Assembly: GCA_965202585.1 (NCBI GenBank)
Contig: OZ241829.1
Coordinates: 14,880,001-14,944,000 of the forward strand
Reading direction: 5' to 3'
DNA length: 64,000 bases
Source of the DNA: Thalia democratica
Taxonomy: Eukaryota
Shown here: positions 22,560-34,699 of the stretch, piece after piece
Layout: every line of letters begins with the position of its first letter
Numbering within the stretch: position 1 is the stretch's first letter
Made by a program: the position numbers and the translations under genes
Notes under the pieces: generated by a model
Told to the model about the DNA's origin: nothing
Database searches by the model: none
What the model saw: only the letters and a program-made list of their open reading frames with translations

Positions 22560-24930
22560 ATTATCTGCAAAGATATGTCCACGGATAAGCATTAATGGTG
22601 CATAATGAAAAACCAAATGAGATGAAAAAGAGTTTCTTTGAAAGGGATTGGATAAAGACTTTTGACTATCTAGCTGCCATAGGAGTGGAAGTAGGCATTA
22701 GCATGAATACTTTTGTCAGGAATGATAATGAATTCCTGCTGAAAAGTCTTTTAGAGTACAACATATAGTTGGTTTTAAAACCTTGTAGAAAAAGTTAATA
22801 CACCTTTGTCACATACATGATACCAAGATAACAGGAAATGAAATACTGTGAATGCAGCTTGTCTAAGAATGATAGAATTACAAACTTTTTATTCTCTGAT
22901 TAGGTTTCATTTGACAGTAACAGATTCGAAAACTTGATAAAGGTCCCGCAGTTGATACCGAATTACCATAATAAACCTATAAGGAGTCCTATTGAAAAAA
23001 AGTTAATGTCAAAGATGTGTAATCTAGCCTTTCTTGCTCATCTTAAGGACAAAACCAGCACAGAGGAAGCAATAACCAATACACGGTACGTGACAATAAA
23101 AGTACTTTAAATGGATAAAGACGGTTCCATGATGAAATTAATCAAAAAGTTTATAAAGATGACAATATCAAGGTTGAAACTGCTTGCAAGCCTAATGATT
23201 GCACTTCAGGTTGGAGATCATCTGTTTAGGGAGGTTGGAGAAGATGCTGTGTGAGACATGAAACACCCAATATTTGGTGATCCCATGGACCAGCCACAAA
23301 ATATTATTTGCAGCTTTTATGTAGGGTACTTCAAGGATAAAAACATTAAGAACAAACAAAATGCTGAGTATGCATTGGCTGGCAAACTGGCACTGGCAGA
23401 AGAAAAGTTGGAGAGTTGCGATCCTGAATTTTTAGGTGATAAAGGCAATTAATCTTTTAACCTTAACAGAGTTTTACCTTAAAAATTTTGTTGCCCGTGG
23501 TGCGATGACAAAGAAAATAATAGCACGGAATCATAGCGGTGACCCTGACATCAAAATAGAGAGAACAATAGATCATTATATGAGCAGGATATCATGAGAT
23601 GAACTTCAGACATCAAGGCATATAGTTCATTCATTACAGATAAGACACGGGAAAGCAATAAAAAAGCAGATCGAGAGCCATGGTCTCCGTTGCTAAAGTT
23701 GCAACAGACGATGAACAATAAACCCATTTATGAATGCTTGGGTGGATTACTTGAAATGTTTGAAAACAAGATGGAATACTCGTTGATTTATTGAATGAAC
23801 ACCAGAATGGGGGTAATGATTAAATATATGTTCTGGATGGAATATTCAGAGTCATACAGGCTATATGCGAAAGAATAGATAAATCAGTGTGCAGCCTTCT
23901 TTCTTCAGAGATCATGACTTACCCAAAAAATAAACAAAAACTGCAGACTGATCATCACAGCAAACCCAGACAGTACTTTGACAAGCCGTGCACTTATGAA
24001 TTCTAGCAATGATTTTCAGGGTTGTGTCACACTAACTTTGTCACCAAAAAATGACAGCATACATGCTGTCAGTTGTTCCTAAAAAGTAGAGAGATTTTAT
24101 AGAGAGGGCCTTTTCCATGTGAAAGAAGAAATAAATTTATCTTCAGACAGGCTTCTGCAATAAGCTCATAAATGATGTACACAAGTGTAAATTAAAAAAG
24201 AGAGAGTTAACATGATCATGGAAGCATACAGAGGGGATTGTACATTCTATTAGATGAAGAAGGAAGGTTTTGTCTATACAGCTCGTTCTGGCATGATGCA
24301 AGGAAATCCTTATTTTTTAGTCATCATCCTTTTACGTTAGTTTCACTATAACAAATAAATGTCTTGAAGTGAACCTGATTGGGAACTACCCAACAAGGGA
24401 TAATTGATAAATTTGAGGACAAATAGGAAAAAAAAGAATGTCTTTCAACCTTGGGGAAAAATAGAGAGGCAAAGTGTCAACAATACTATACTGTTTTGCA
24501 TCAGGTTCTTGATAATGTTTCTTACATTGACACAGTGAGAGATGTACAGTTTGGTCAGATGCATGTACATTACAAATCACTAGGAAATAGTATAAATCAC
24601 CTATTCCCTGACATGATGACTAGAATGGCAATGACAACAGCTCCTGACATGGGTTGGTTTCCTATAGATCATCCTAATGCAGTTGGAGTATTTGGGCTCA
24701 ATTACATTATATACAGGAAAATTATGTCAACCAAGATATTCAGGAGGATATTGACAATGGCAATTGGGAATAAGAGGAAAAATTTTGAAGATAGAAATTC
24801 TTCATAAAACATCAGGGTTAAAATTGATAAAGGGAAGAAACTTCAGGCTTTAAGAGACTAAATGGATGAAATAACTGAGTATGTAAATAAAAAAGTCAAT
24901 GTGTACTCTGGCAGCAGGCCTTGGTGAGCA
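22560..24930 (+). pseudogene. L: Endogenous viral element: decayed bunyavirus (Phenuiviridae-like) L protein / RdRp gene fragment
   Basis: Collinear L motifs: IGVEVGISM...EFLLKSLL (~22679); KDKTSTEEAITNTRY (~23045); HPIFG..Q.IICSFYVGYFKDK (23258 ORF); HQNGGND*IYV...RVIQAICE.I..SVC..L.SEIMTYPKNK (premotif A/F, 23797-23935); MNSSNDF.G.CHTNFVTK (motif A, ~23996); SGMMQG (motif B, 24287-24304); QFGQMHVHYKSLG...PDMGWFPIDHP..VGVFG (24451 ORF). Many stops and frameshifts. Confidence 0.88.
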
Positions 24931-26841
24931 TTTCACCTTTTACTTTATCCTAGTTGTTGCCTCGATGAGCAGTAATATTTTGTTTTCAAGTTGTACATTT
25001 ATTTTACATTTATTGTTTTTAGCATGCTTCAGAAAGTTAGATCTTCAATTAGATCTAATTTGAAACATTAAAAAAAGAAAATATTGAATCTCTACAGGAA
25101 TTTGAGCTAATTGAAAAAAAAGTAGTGGTAGTATAAAGTTTATGTCTTATTTCAGTAAAAATATAAATTATGCCGCTAAAATACACCAAACAAAATTTGA
25201 TCACAATTGAAAAATATTTAACAGACCAAAAAATGGTTTTTAAGACTTAAAAAAACAAGTTTGTTTGCGAAATCCTCGAAACATTTATAAACAATTATTT
25301 TAAGAATATTAACAATATACGATATAGTAGTTTATTTGGTAATTATTGTGTCCCAAATTAAAAAACAATACGCATAAACTACTAAATACAACAATAAACA
25401 ACATAAACTGTAAAGCAAAACTACTATTCAACAAAAATCAGATAATAAAAATAGTTGAATGTAGTGCATAAATATCAATAAACCATAAGTAAGGATCTTT
25501 TCAATCCATATAAATTTTTTGAAAAGGATCTAGCCGGATACAAATCAATATAGCTATAAACTAAGTTACATCTAGATTACAATTTTTTTTTTGGAAAAAT
25601 ATCATTTCTAAAACAAACAAATGTTCAGCTCCCAAACAACTTTTCATAAATTTGAGAAAAATAGAATTCAATATGTTTAGCAATAAGAAATTATTTGAGA
25701 GGAAAAACATAATAAAAAAGTTAATGTAAATAGTTTTCAAATTACACAAAATAATGAAAGTGTCATAGAATGTATGCAATTAAGGAAGGAAAATAATTTC
25801 AACCACAAAATAAAGAGAAATTTAATCACAAATATTTTCTGAAGAATCAAATCAAATTACCTCTGTATTGTCAAATTATTTAATCATTTCAAATAAATTC
25901 ATTTTCTTTAATTGACATTGAATAAATGGCTTTAGCAAAAGGTAATGTTGGAAAAATCTGCAACTAAAACTTTGGTACTTTTGCAAGAATTGTTTCAAAA
26001 CCAAAAAAGACATTAATATAAAATTATATAATAATTTATAGTTAATACCACAACAACAGATGTATATTTAATTTTTTTAATAAATAAAGCAGATTGGCAA
26101 AAACTTGATTTAACCTATGTTTACTAATGTATCAAATGTTATATAGCTATCATATATGAAGTTAAAAATATCAGAAACAACATACCTAGTACTTTTTAAA
26201 AAAAAAATTTAATTATATTTTTTTTATTGAACAAAACTTATTGATTTCAATGTCTATAAAACTATTTAAAAATATAATATTTTTTCTGCTTGTAATGCTC
26301 ATGTTTTAAAAACTCTCAAGCCTAAATTTTAGTTCTATGAATACACAAGAATTCATAAACGAAACAACCTCTTAGATCTGACAAAACTGCTTGATCAAGG
26401 TGTTTCTCCTCATCAACCACGCTCAATGAAAGGTGTCTCCCCTCTACAGCAACAAGAATGAGAGGATATTGTTGGTACATGAAACCAGGTGAGCCAACAA
26501 GGGGTGGATCAATTTGCTAGTCCTTTTGACCAACTTGGTACTTCTTGAACCTGCAAGTAAATTGTCTTAGGGTTCATAAAAGAAGCAAAATATTATTAAT
26601 AATATATACATTTTTTAACTAGTAATTAAAGATTTTTGTTATAAATTTTATGAAAACTTTTTAAAATATTCATTAAAATTCTGGATATTATAACAAGTCT
26701 ATATAAAGTTTTATTACTGCTAAGAAAGTTGAACCAAATTAACCTTTAGGTTTTGATTTATTGTGTTCCTTTTTTTTAATGAACACATAATAAACAATGA
26801 ACTTTACCGCAAGATCAACAACAACAGCATCCGAGACAATC

Positions 26842-26880
26842 CTACGACCGGTTTCGTCCTTATTAGGACTTATCAGGCAG
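26842..26880 (-). ncRNA. Minimal type I hammerhead ribozyme, probably inactivated (PLE/retrozyme remnant)
   Basis: Minus strand CTGC-CTGATAA-GTCCT AATA AGGAC-GAAA-CCGG-TC-GTAG: perfect stem II, palindromic ACCGGT stem III, GUC site; core G8 mutated to A. Confidence 0.7.
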
Positions 26881-27917
26881 AAATAGTCGCGAGAAACCGC
26901 TATTGTGATCTTAAACAAGCAGGCTTAAGTACTAAGTACTGAAGCGACTGTTTGTGGGTAAATTTGAAAAAATGACACAGCTATATCATTCACAGCTCAA
27001 CGTCTCAGACACCTTAGTCCAAACTATACATTGTATTAAAGGCTAACAAAAAAGGCTTATTAGCCAGCAAAAATAAGAAAACATCAATAAATTATTTTAG
27101 ATTTTTGGTATTTTTTATAAAAATATAATGTAAATCAGTACATCATACTATATATATATAACTTAATTTACAAACTTTGGTAATTTTGACATAATTAGAT
27201 TTCATACAAAAAAATGCTATGGAAGGTAAAACTTTTTTTAAATTAAAATCTTTAAAAAATTCGTTAAAAAGCTGAAGCATTACAAAAAACTTGAGTTGTA
27301 ATTATTTTAAAATTCAAAGGAGACTCATCTAAGGCCATAAGGGGTTTAACCATTTTTATTACTAAAATCAACTTTAGTCCTTAAATGAAAGCTTAGTTTA
27401 TAAACTAAGAAACTTTTCACAAAGTATATAAATTATTAAGCTTTTGTAACATAGTTAATTATGTAAAACGTTTCTGATACAAACATAAAAAAAAATTTTT
27501 ATATTGCTGGTTTTCTTGGAATTTTGTAAAAAACTATTAAATCGTTATTCTCCTTTACTTTTTATCAAATAAACTTAAACTTTCATGTAATATTTCTTGC
27601 ATTTATAGAAAAAGGCCCACTCTAATGATATTATTAAAATTTAAAAAAACTTAAGAATTTGATGACTGATAAGTAAAATAGCAAATCAATTTTTTTAGAA
27701 AATGAAAATCTTAATTTAAATTATAAACTATTAAAATAGCATTGTTTTAACTTATAAGTTTCAGAACTATTGATTAAAAACTGTAAGAGGAGAAAGATTT
27801 CTAATAAATAGTCTTATTTACATTGGTACTTTCATAAGGAACCTATTAAACTCTCTAACTATATAATCTTATTAACGAAAACCAGTTTGATATTTACTAA
27901 GCGGTAAAATGCAACTA

Positions 27918-29056
27918 CAGTAATCTCTCGCTTATTTACGCACATTGTGTCCACAGAAAAAGTTTGAAAGATATGAGAGATCGTAAAGATACGAGAGGTA
28001 CCAAATATACTTACTATAATGGCTGTTTTTTTATTTTGCTTCTAGTTAAAAGCAGACTGGGGACTTTCCCACTTTTAACAATTTGTTTACTTTATTTATA
28101 AATATGAAATCAAAATATAAAACTCTACATATATTAAAAAAAGATTTAAATTTATATAAAATAATAATACTTGTAGAAATACATAATCTAACACTTGAAA
28201 CTATATAAAGCTGTTTAAAATCTTAATAGAAAATTTTTGCAGTTTTATATTTTACCAATTTATACCAGATGAAGGCTTTGGAAATAAAATTTATAAAAAT
28301 TGTAAATTTCTAGGTAAATTTTGGAATTTTTTTTCTGACTTTTAAAAGACTTTTAATTAATTTTCACCATTTGAAGGCTTTGGAAAACAAGGAAGTTTGT
28401 AAATTTAAACTGACAAAATCTGATTTTTTTTTTAATTTTATCAAATTTCATGACTTTTCCTAACTTTTTTTCAAAACCCCCCATTTTTTCCTGACTTTTG
28501 TCATTTTTTTTTAATTTTTCCTGACTTTCTTGATTTCCTGACTTTTCCTGACCGAGTGGCAACCCTGCAATAAGTATATTTTATTTTTATCTTTATTTAT
28601 ACGTGACTTATTTGATAATTAACATTTATAATCTATTCTACTTAGCAAATTCAATTTATAATTAAACAGTTGTTTACAATTAAGAAATAGTGTCTATATA
28701 TGTCTATGTTAACATTTTAAACTCTCATTATTTTATTATACTTTCATTATTTACACAGTTATATTACTTTCCAAAACTTAATTTAATATCTTATTATTAA
28801 CAAAATTATTGATATACTGAGGTATAATAAATGTTTATCAATTAGTCAAGAAACATAAATTAACAAAGTTTAAAAATAAAGAGAGGTGAGTTAACATTTA
28901 AAAACATACTTTAAATTGAAAATATACAATAAACCTAATTTGTGCAATATTAAAATAAATTTTAATTTTTATATTTTGAATTTTTAGAACTCTAAAATGC
29001 GTAACTAAACGAGAGTGCGTAACGTCACGAATGCATAAAGATGCGAGAGGTTACTG
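27918..29056. mobile_element. pogo/Tigger-like (Tc1/mariner) non-autonomous element with nested MITE fragment
   Basis: TIRs CAGTAATCTCTCGCTTATTTACGCA / TGCATAAAGATGCGAGAGGTTACTG, flanked by TA on both sides. Confidence 0.75.
28250..28567 (-). mobile_element. Partial CAGGGTTGCCACT-type (hAT-like) MITE nested in the pogo-like element
   Basis: Ends GAGTGGCAACCCTG at 28567 with short TTTCCTGAC repeats; other end not found. Confidence 0.6.
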
Positions 29057-29699
29057 TAGCAGATAAGTTAAAAAGCTTTAAATAAGATTAACATGTAAAA
29101 AATAATTTTCTTCTGGTACGACTTTAAACTATATTAGTTTATATATTTTTGTTTGTAAAAACTTTCATTTTTAACTAAGTCAAAATAAAATAGATATTCA
29201 ATTTTTGAAGAGGTTTAATACAAAGAGGATCTCAAAAAGAATATTTTTGTAGTGTAAATATGCTGTTATAAAACAGAAAAGCATACATGAATCAACTGCA
29301 GAAGTTTAAGTATCTCAATGGGCTGTTGGGTGGAAATTTATTTTTTTGTGACTAAATATAAACTAAGTTTTTTATTATATTTGGTAGAGCTTAGTTCTTC
29401 ATTTCGTAACTATTTGCTTTTAAAGTATTCTAGGAGTAAAAATTAAATTTCTAATGCTTATTTTTTTTTTGTAAAAAATACTGAAAATGCTACATGTTTA
29501 ATGTCAAAACTAAGGTGTTTGACAACTACACAAAGATACCTGAATTAATCATATATGATTATTCTTTATACCAGCTCTATCTTTTTGGCTTTCTGTTTTT
29601 GGAAATATTGAGTTGTGAGTATTTTTTGTAAGTAATTTTTACTTTTATAAAAATTAAGGGTGCTTTTAAAGAATTTCAGGATGTACTCAAGAAAAGAAC

Positions 29700-29876
29700 A
29701 AGTCACTTTTGAACAAAATGTCACTTTAACCAAAGTGGTAACATTTGCACAAGGTTAGAGTTAGGGTCTGGCTTAGGGTCATAGTTAAAGGTTAAAGCTA
29801 GGGTCCTTGTAATGTGAATGTGCAAATATTACTGCTTATGGAAAATAACCCTTTGAGCAAAAGTGACGACCTACCC
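29700..29876. mobile_element. Small MITE with internal TTAGGG-like repeats
   Basis: IR GTCACTTTTGAACAA (29702) / TTGAGCAAAAGTGAC (29853); ends CTACCC like the element at 46.3-46.8 kb. Confidence 0.5.
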
Positions 29877-30007
29877 ATTAAGGACATATAGCTCTACAAC
29901 TAAGCATCCCTATATTACATCTTTGTTTATAAGTACACAAGATAATCTAAAAATATATATAGTGAATTATGTCTTTTGAACAACCAACTTTAAGGTTTTT
30001 GTAAGCA

Positions 30008-30436
30008 CAAGGTTGCCACTCGTTTTTTCCAAATTTTTTCCAGGTTTTCCAAATTTCTTCCAGGTTTTTAAAAGTATACATTTTTGGGTCCATTTTAAGT
30101 TAGTTAATTTCTATAAAAGAAACTGTGTTAAATAGTACAAAAACATTTAAAAGATGCTATAAAGTTACTTTAGGTGTGTTTTTTAATAAAAAAATTTTTG
30201 ATGATAACAAAAATATCTTATTTATATGATAGATTTTTTGTGTCAAATTGAAATTTTAGTACTGAAAAGGTTAAAATTATTAAAAATTCGAGGTTTTTTG
30301 ATCAAGATCCCAGGTTTTTCCAGGTTTTTTACAAAATTTCTCAAATTCCAGGTTTTTCAAGGTTATGTTTGCCTAAATTGTCGAATTCCAGGTTTTTCAA
30401 GGTTTTCCCAGGTTTCTAGGTAAAGTGGCAACCCTG
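30008..30436. mobile_element. hAT-like MITE with 6-bp TSD
   Basis: TIRs CAAGGTTGCCACT / AGTGGCAACCCTG; TAAGCA duplicated at 30002-30007 and 30437-30442; internal CCAGGTTTTT repeats. Confidence 0.8.
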
Positions 30437-31239
30437 TAAGCAAAATCTTAATTTTTTTATGTCTATTAATTTAATTTCAAGTTTTTAAATAGCTTAAACA
30501 ATTATTTTCCATAATAACTATATCAAACAAGAGAAAATCATAATAAAAAACAAATTACAGGTGTCTGTGTCTGATTCTTTTTGTTGTGCTAGCAAACCAT
30601 TTTTAGATATAACTTATAGATAATTTTGAGTAAGTTGAACTGACCATCTTCAAAATTCAACAACTTATGAAATTCTTAACAATAAAATATAAAGTATAAT
30701 TTTAAAAGGACCTCATTTATGAACCATTCAACTAATTTTGTTATGTTTTTATTGCCATGTCAAATCAAAAATGTCAATATCTGCATTAACCCACTTTCTC
30801 AGCTCACTGCGCAACATCATCAATGTATTTACTTCAGCTTAGTTATTAGTACATTGTTTCAGCCTTTTATTAAGTAAAAAAGTCAGCTTCAGTCAGCCCA
30901 AGTTGGTTAAAAATTAAAAACATTTTTTGAGCTAAATACTTTAGCTACTTTTTGAGCTAAATATAAACTTTAGAATAGTTAAAATACAAATTTTTATACA
31001 CTTATTAGATAATTTTACCTTTATAAATAAACACAAACTTTCATACACTTATTAGATAAATTTAAATTTATACATATGATGATCTATCAGTTAATAAAAC
31101 TAAATCAGTTAAACTTTTATAAAGAAAATGTAATTATATAAGAAAGTTATTAAATGTTACTAAGTTACAGTGGAACAACAACTTACATACAGATATATTA
31201 CAAGTTTACTTACTTATACTTTATCATGTGTGAACAGCA

Positions 31240-31420
31240 TTCCATAGTAGGTACTTCATATTGTTGAGTGCAAGGAATTAATGTGAGCAAAGAAGGTTTA
31301 AGAATTCTGTGAGGATGTTTCCAATTTTTTATTAAATTTTATTAGTAGAAGAAAAGGGTTTTTTGGTTATCCAATTTAAACCAAGGTTGAACTTACGATA
31401 CTTTAATCCGTTTGTAGTAC
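31240..31420 (-). mobile_element. Decayed Penelope-like RT fragment
   Basis: Minus strand WKHPHRIL...FFAHINSLHSTI resembles PLE RT IW.H....L..F...INS.HP.IKFT.E. Confidence 0.4.
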
Positions 31421-33854
31421 ACTTGTAGTGATTACAAATAAAATTTTCATAAAGCAAAAACAAAAAAAATTATAAAACTAACCTTAAACTAATAAAACAC
31501 AAGAAAACGTTTAGATAAAATTCTAAAACTATTTCAAATTTGTAACATTATTGTTTGTTGAACGCCAGAAGAAAAGTTTAAAAATAGGTTTAAGAATTTT
31601 TTGTTAACTTAAACTCGTTTTACAAGTAAAGTATTGTTTGGGTTATACATTAGAAAAACGTTTTACTTTATAGTTTTTGAAAAATTACAGTCATAAAAAG
31701 GTTGTAGAAGACGTTTTTTTATTTGATCGATAAAACAGATCTTTTTGGGGTTATCAATAAATTTTTAGCGTAGTTTGCTTAAACTTTCAAATATAACAGT
31801 GTATTTATCTAATAGATAAACTTGGTGTTATAAAATGTTTTTTACACTAGACTTCTAAATTAAAACTTAAAATCTTGTCAACTTATAGGTTTTTTTTAAT
31901 CAAATTGAAAAAATATCTGAAACTTAATTATTTATATTGTTTAAAAAAGATTGTTTTACATTTTTAAGCAAAACAAAGAGTAATAGTGTGTTTTTATCTT
32001 TAAAGTAATTAATTTTTCAAAGTTCATTCTTCAACAAGTAAACAGTTCCGGATTGTTTTAAATACACAAGAATTAATATTTTTAATTAATTCTAAAACGC
32101 ATGAGAATGATTAAAGCATTTGTTTTAAGTTGCTTATGATTATTATGTTTTGACCTTTAATTTTGTTAAATTTGTCCTCCATATACATTAGTACGTTAAT
32201 CTGTTAATTCAGCTTATCTTAATTTTTGGAAGTTTTTTACAAGTAAAGTAATTAAAACTAAGATTTTTTTTTGAAATTTAAAAGTTTAACAGAAAAATTA
32301 ACGTTTTTTGTAAGATCGTTCAAAAAATTTAAAAAAAGTCTTAAAACAATATAAAAAATTTTTATATATACTAAGTGTAAACAGCTTTGTTTAACTTTTG
32401 TTTTTAAACTTCTAATATAGCCATGCAATCAAAAGGAACAAAACAAATATTTGTTTGTTTGAGTATTTTAAATTTAACCAATTACTGAACTAGTTTATAA
32501 TAAAATTAAATAATATTGATAATGGAATTTATAACTTTTAATAAAATTCTTAACTATACTTTAACTTAACAAGTTTTCAATTTAATAAAGATTGTTTTTA
32601 CATCCCGAAAAAATTATCAAGTTTAGTATTTTTTCATAAGCCATAATAATTAACAAATTCACAAATATTATACTGATAGGTATACTTGTTAGAAAGTGGT
32701 ATATCATTAATGACGTAATAAGTTAATAATTTAGATAAATATTAGGTTAGTACTAATGAAAACAAGAAATTTGCCATCAAAACTTAGCCATCAAAAATAA
32801 ATTAGATACCAAGTAAAATAAAACTACTAAGTATGAGTAAGGTACCAAGTAAAATTAAGCTACCAAGAAGAAGTTAGCAATTTAGTAGGAGTTAGCTACT
32901 TAGTAGAAAGTAGCTCAAATTAGAGTTACTTTCAAACAAATAGTTTGCTTTTAAGATTGAGCTAGCTTGCGAGTAGGAGTTATTAGGTACCAAGTATGAG
33001 GATCCTACCAAGTAAGAGCTAGCTACAATGTTTTAGTTAGCTACCAAGTAGTAGTTAGCTACCCATTAAGATTAAACTAAAAAAATAAGTAAACTAACAA
33101 GTAGGATTAAGCTACATAGTAAGAGTCAGCTATCAAGTATACTTCTATACTAATACTAGGAATCAATTTCATAATTAGTAGCTAACTCATATTTTGTAAA
33201 AGCTCCTACTTGCTTGCTAACTCTTATTTTGTAGCTAACTCATACTATTTAGCTAATTCTTACTTCGTAGCTAACATATACTTATAGCAAATTTCTACTT
33301 GGTAGCTATTTCAAACTTGTAGCTAACTTCTACTTGGTAGTTTACTTAAACATTATAAGTAACTCCGACTTTGTAGCTAAATTACCCTCGGTAGATGTTT
33401 TAAACTTTTCAGGTTATATCCCGATGGCTAACTAATTATTAGTAGCTATGTCCTGATAAGTAGTTAAAACAACCTTAGTAGCTAACTTTTACTTGGTTGC
33501 TAACTTATACTTGTTAGCAACTCATACGTAGTAGCTAATTCAGATTGATGATAACTCTTACTATTTGTTTAGCTAACTCTGACATTTTTGAGTACTACTA
33601 GGCTCACAAATGTTAGCTTTTAATAAAGTCATTAACACAAATTAACCTACGGTATAAACATAATAATTATTTATACATAAAGAGGTTAGCTGAATCAATA
33701 ATCTTTTCAGAAAAAAAAAGTTAATAAATATAAGTAGAAAACAAAATCTCAATTACTAATTCTTACTAGTCACCATTTAATGCTCATAACTTTATGAATT
33801 AAAATATAGATATCACTTGTTAGATATATCCTAATTTATAAACATAAGCAATAT

Positions 33855-34046
33855 TACAACTATCACATAACAGTAGATCGTAACATTACAACTGTCACAT
33901 GACAGTAGATCGTAACATTACAACTATCACATCACAGTAGATTGTAAGAATACAACTATCACATTACAGTAGATCGCAGCTATACAACTTTCACATCACA
34001 GTAGATTGAAATAATAAAAACTATCACATCACAGTACATTGCAATT
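33855..34046 (+). repeat. 32-bp minisatellite, 6 copies
   Basis: TACAACTATCACAT.ACAGTAGATCGTAACAT starting at 33855, 33887, 33919, 33951, 33983, 34015. Confidence 0.92.
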
Positions 34047-34699
34047 ATATTCAATAAATTATAGAAATGCTTAGTTTTTTACATATTGCATTTGACTTTC
34101 CAAATCTTAATTCTTAAAAACCTTTGTTTTACAGTTAGTCAACAAGCATATAGAAATATAATTATGTAATCCTATAACAACTCTAAAAATTACTAAAAAT
34201 TTTAATAAGTTGCGTAAATACTTGGATGCTAACTGCTATTTGGTAGTTAACTACTACTACATTGTAGCTAAATCATCGTTTGTAACTATCTCATACTTGG
34301 TAGCGAAATTATACTTAGTACCTAACTCTTACTTGGTAGCTAACTGCTATTTGGCAGATAACTCCTACTTTTAGCTTACTTACTCATTCTTGAAAGCTAA
34401 ATCATACTTTGTAGATACCCTTAGTAGATTAACTTATACGCGTAGTTAACTCACCCTTATAGCTTAATCATACTCGCTAACTAACTCCGACTAAGTAACT
34501 AACTAATGATTGGTAGCTTACTTGCCTTTGGTAGCTAACTCTTACTTAGTAGCTAACTCAAGTTTGATAGCTAACTATCCCTTAGTAGCTAACTCAAACT
34601 TGATAGCAAACTTAAACTGCATTGCTAACATAAATATTTAAACGAACTTTTTTTTGTCAATTGTTAGTAGCTAGCTCGCATTAGGTAATTAACATAAAT

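Noticed and set aside
22560-24930. Viral L segment as contamination from a replicating virus
   Set aside because: Numerous stops and frameshifts, an apparent deletion, and contiguous AT-rich host-like flanks.
29750-29810. TTAGGG-like repeats as interstitial telomere
   Set aside because: Few degenerate copies confined inside a small inverted-repeat element.
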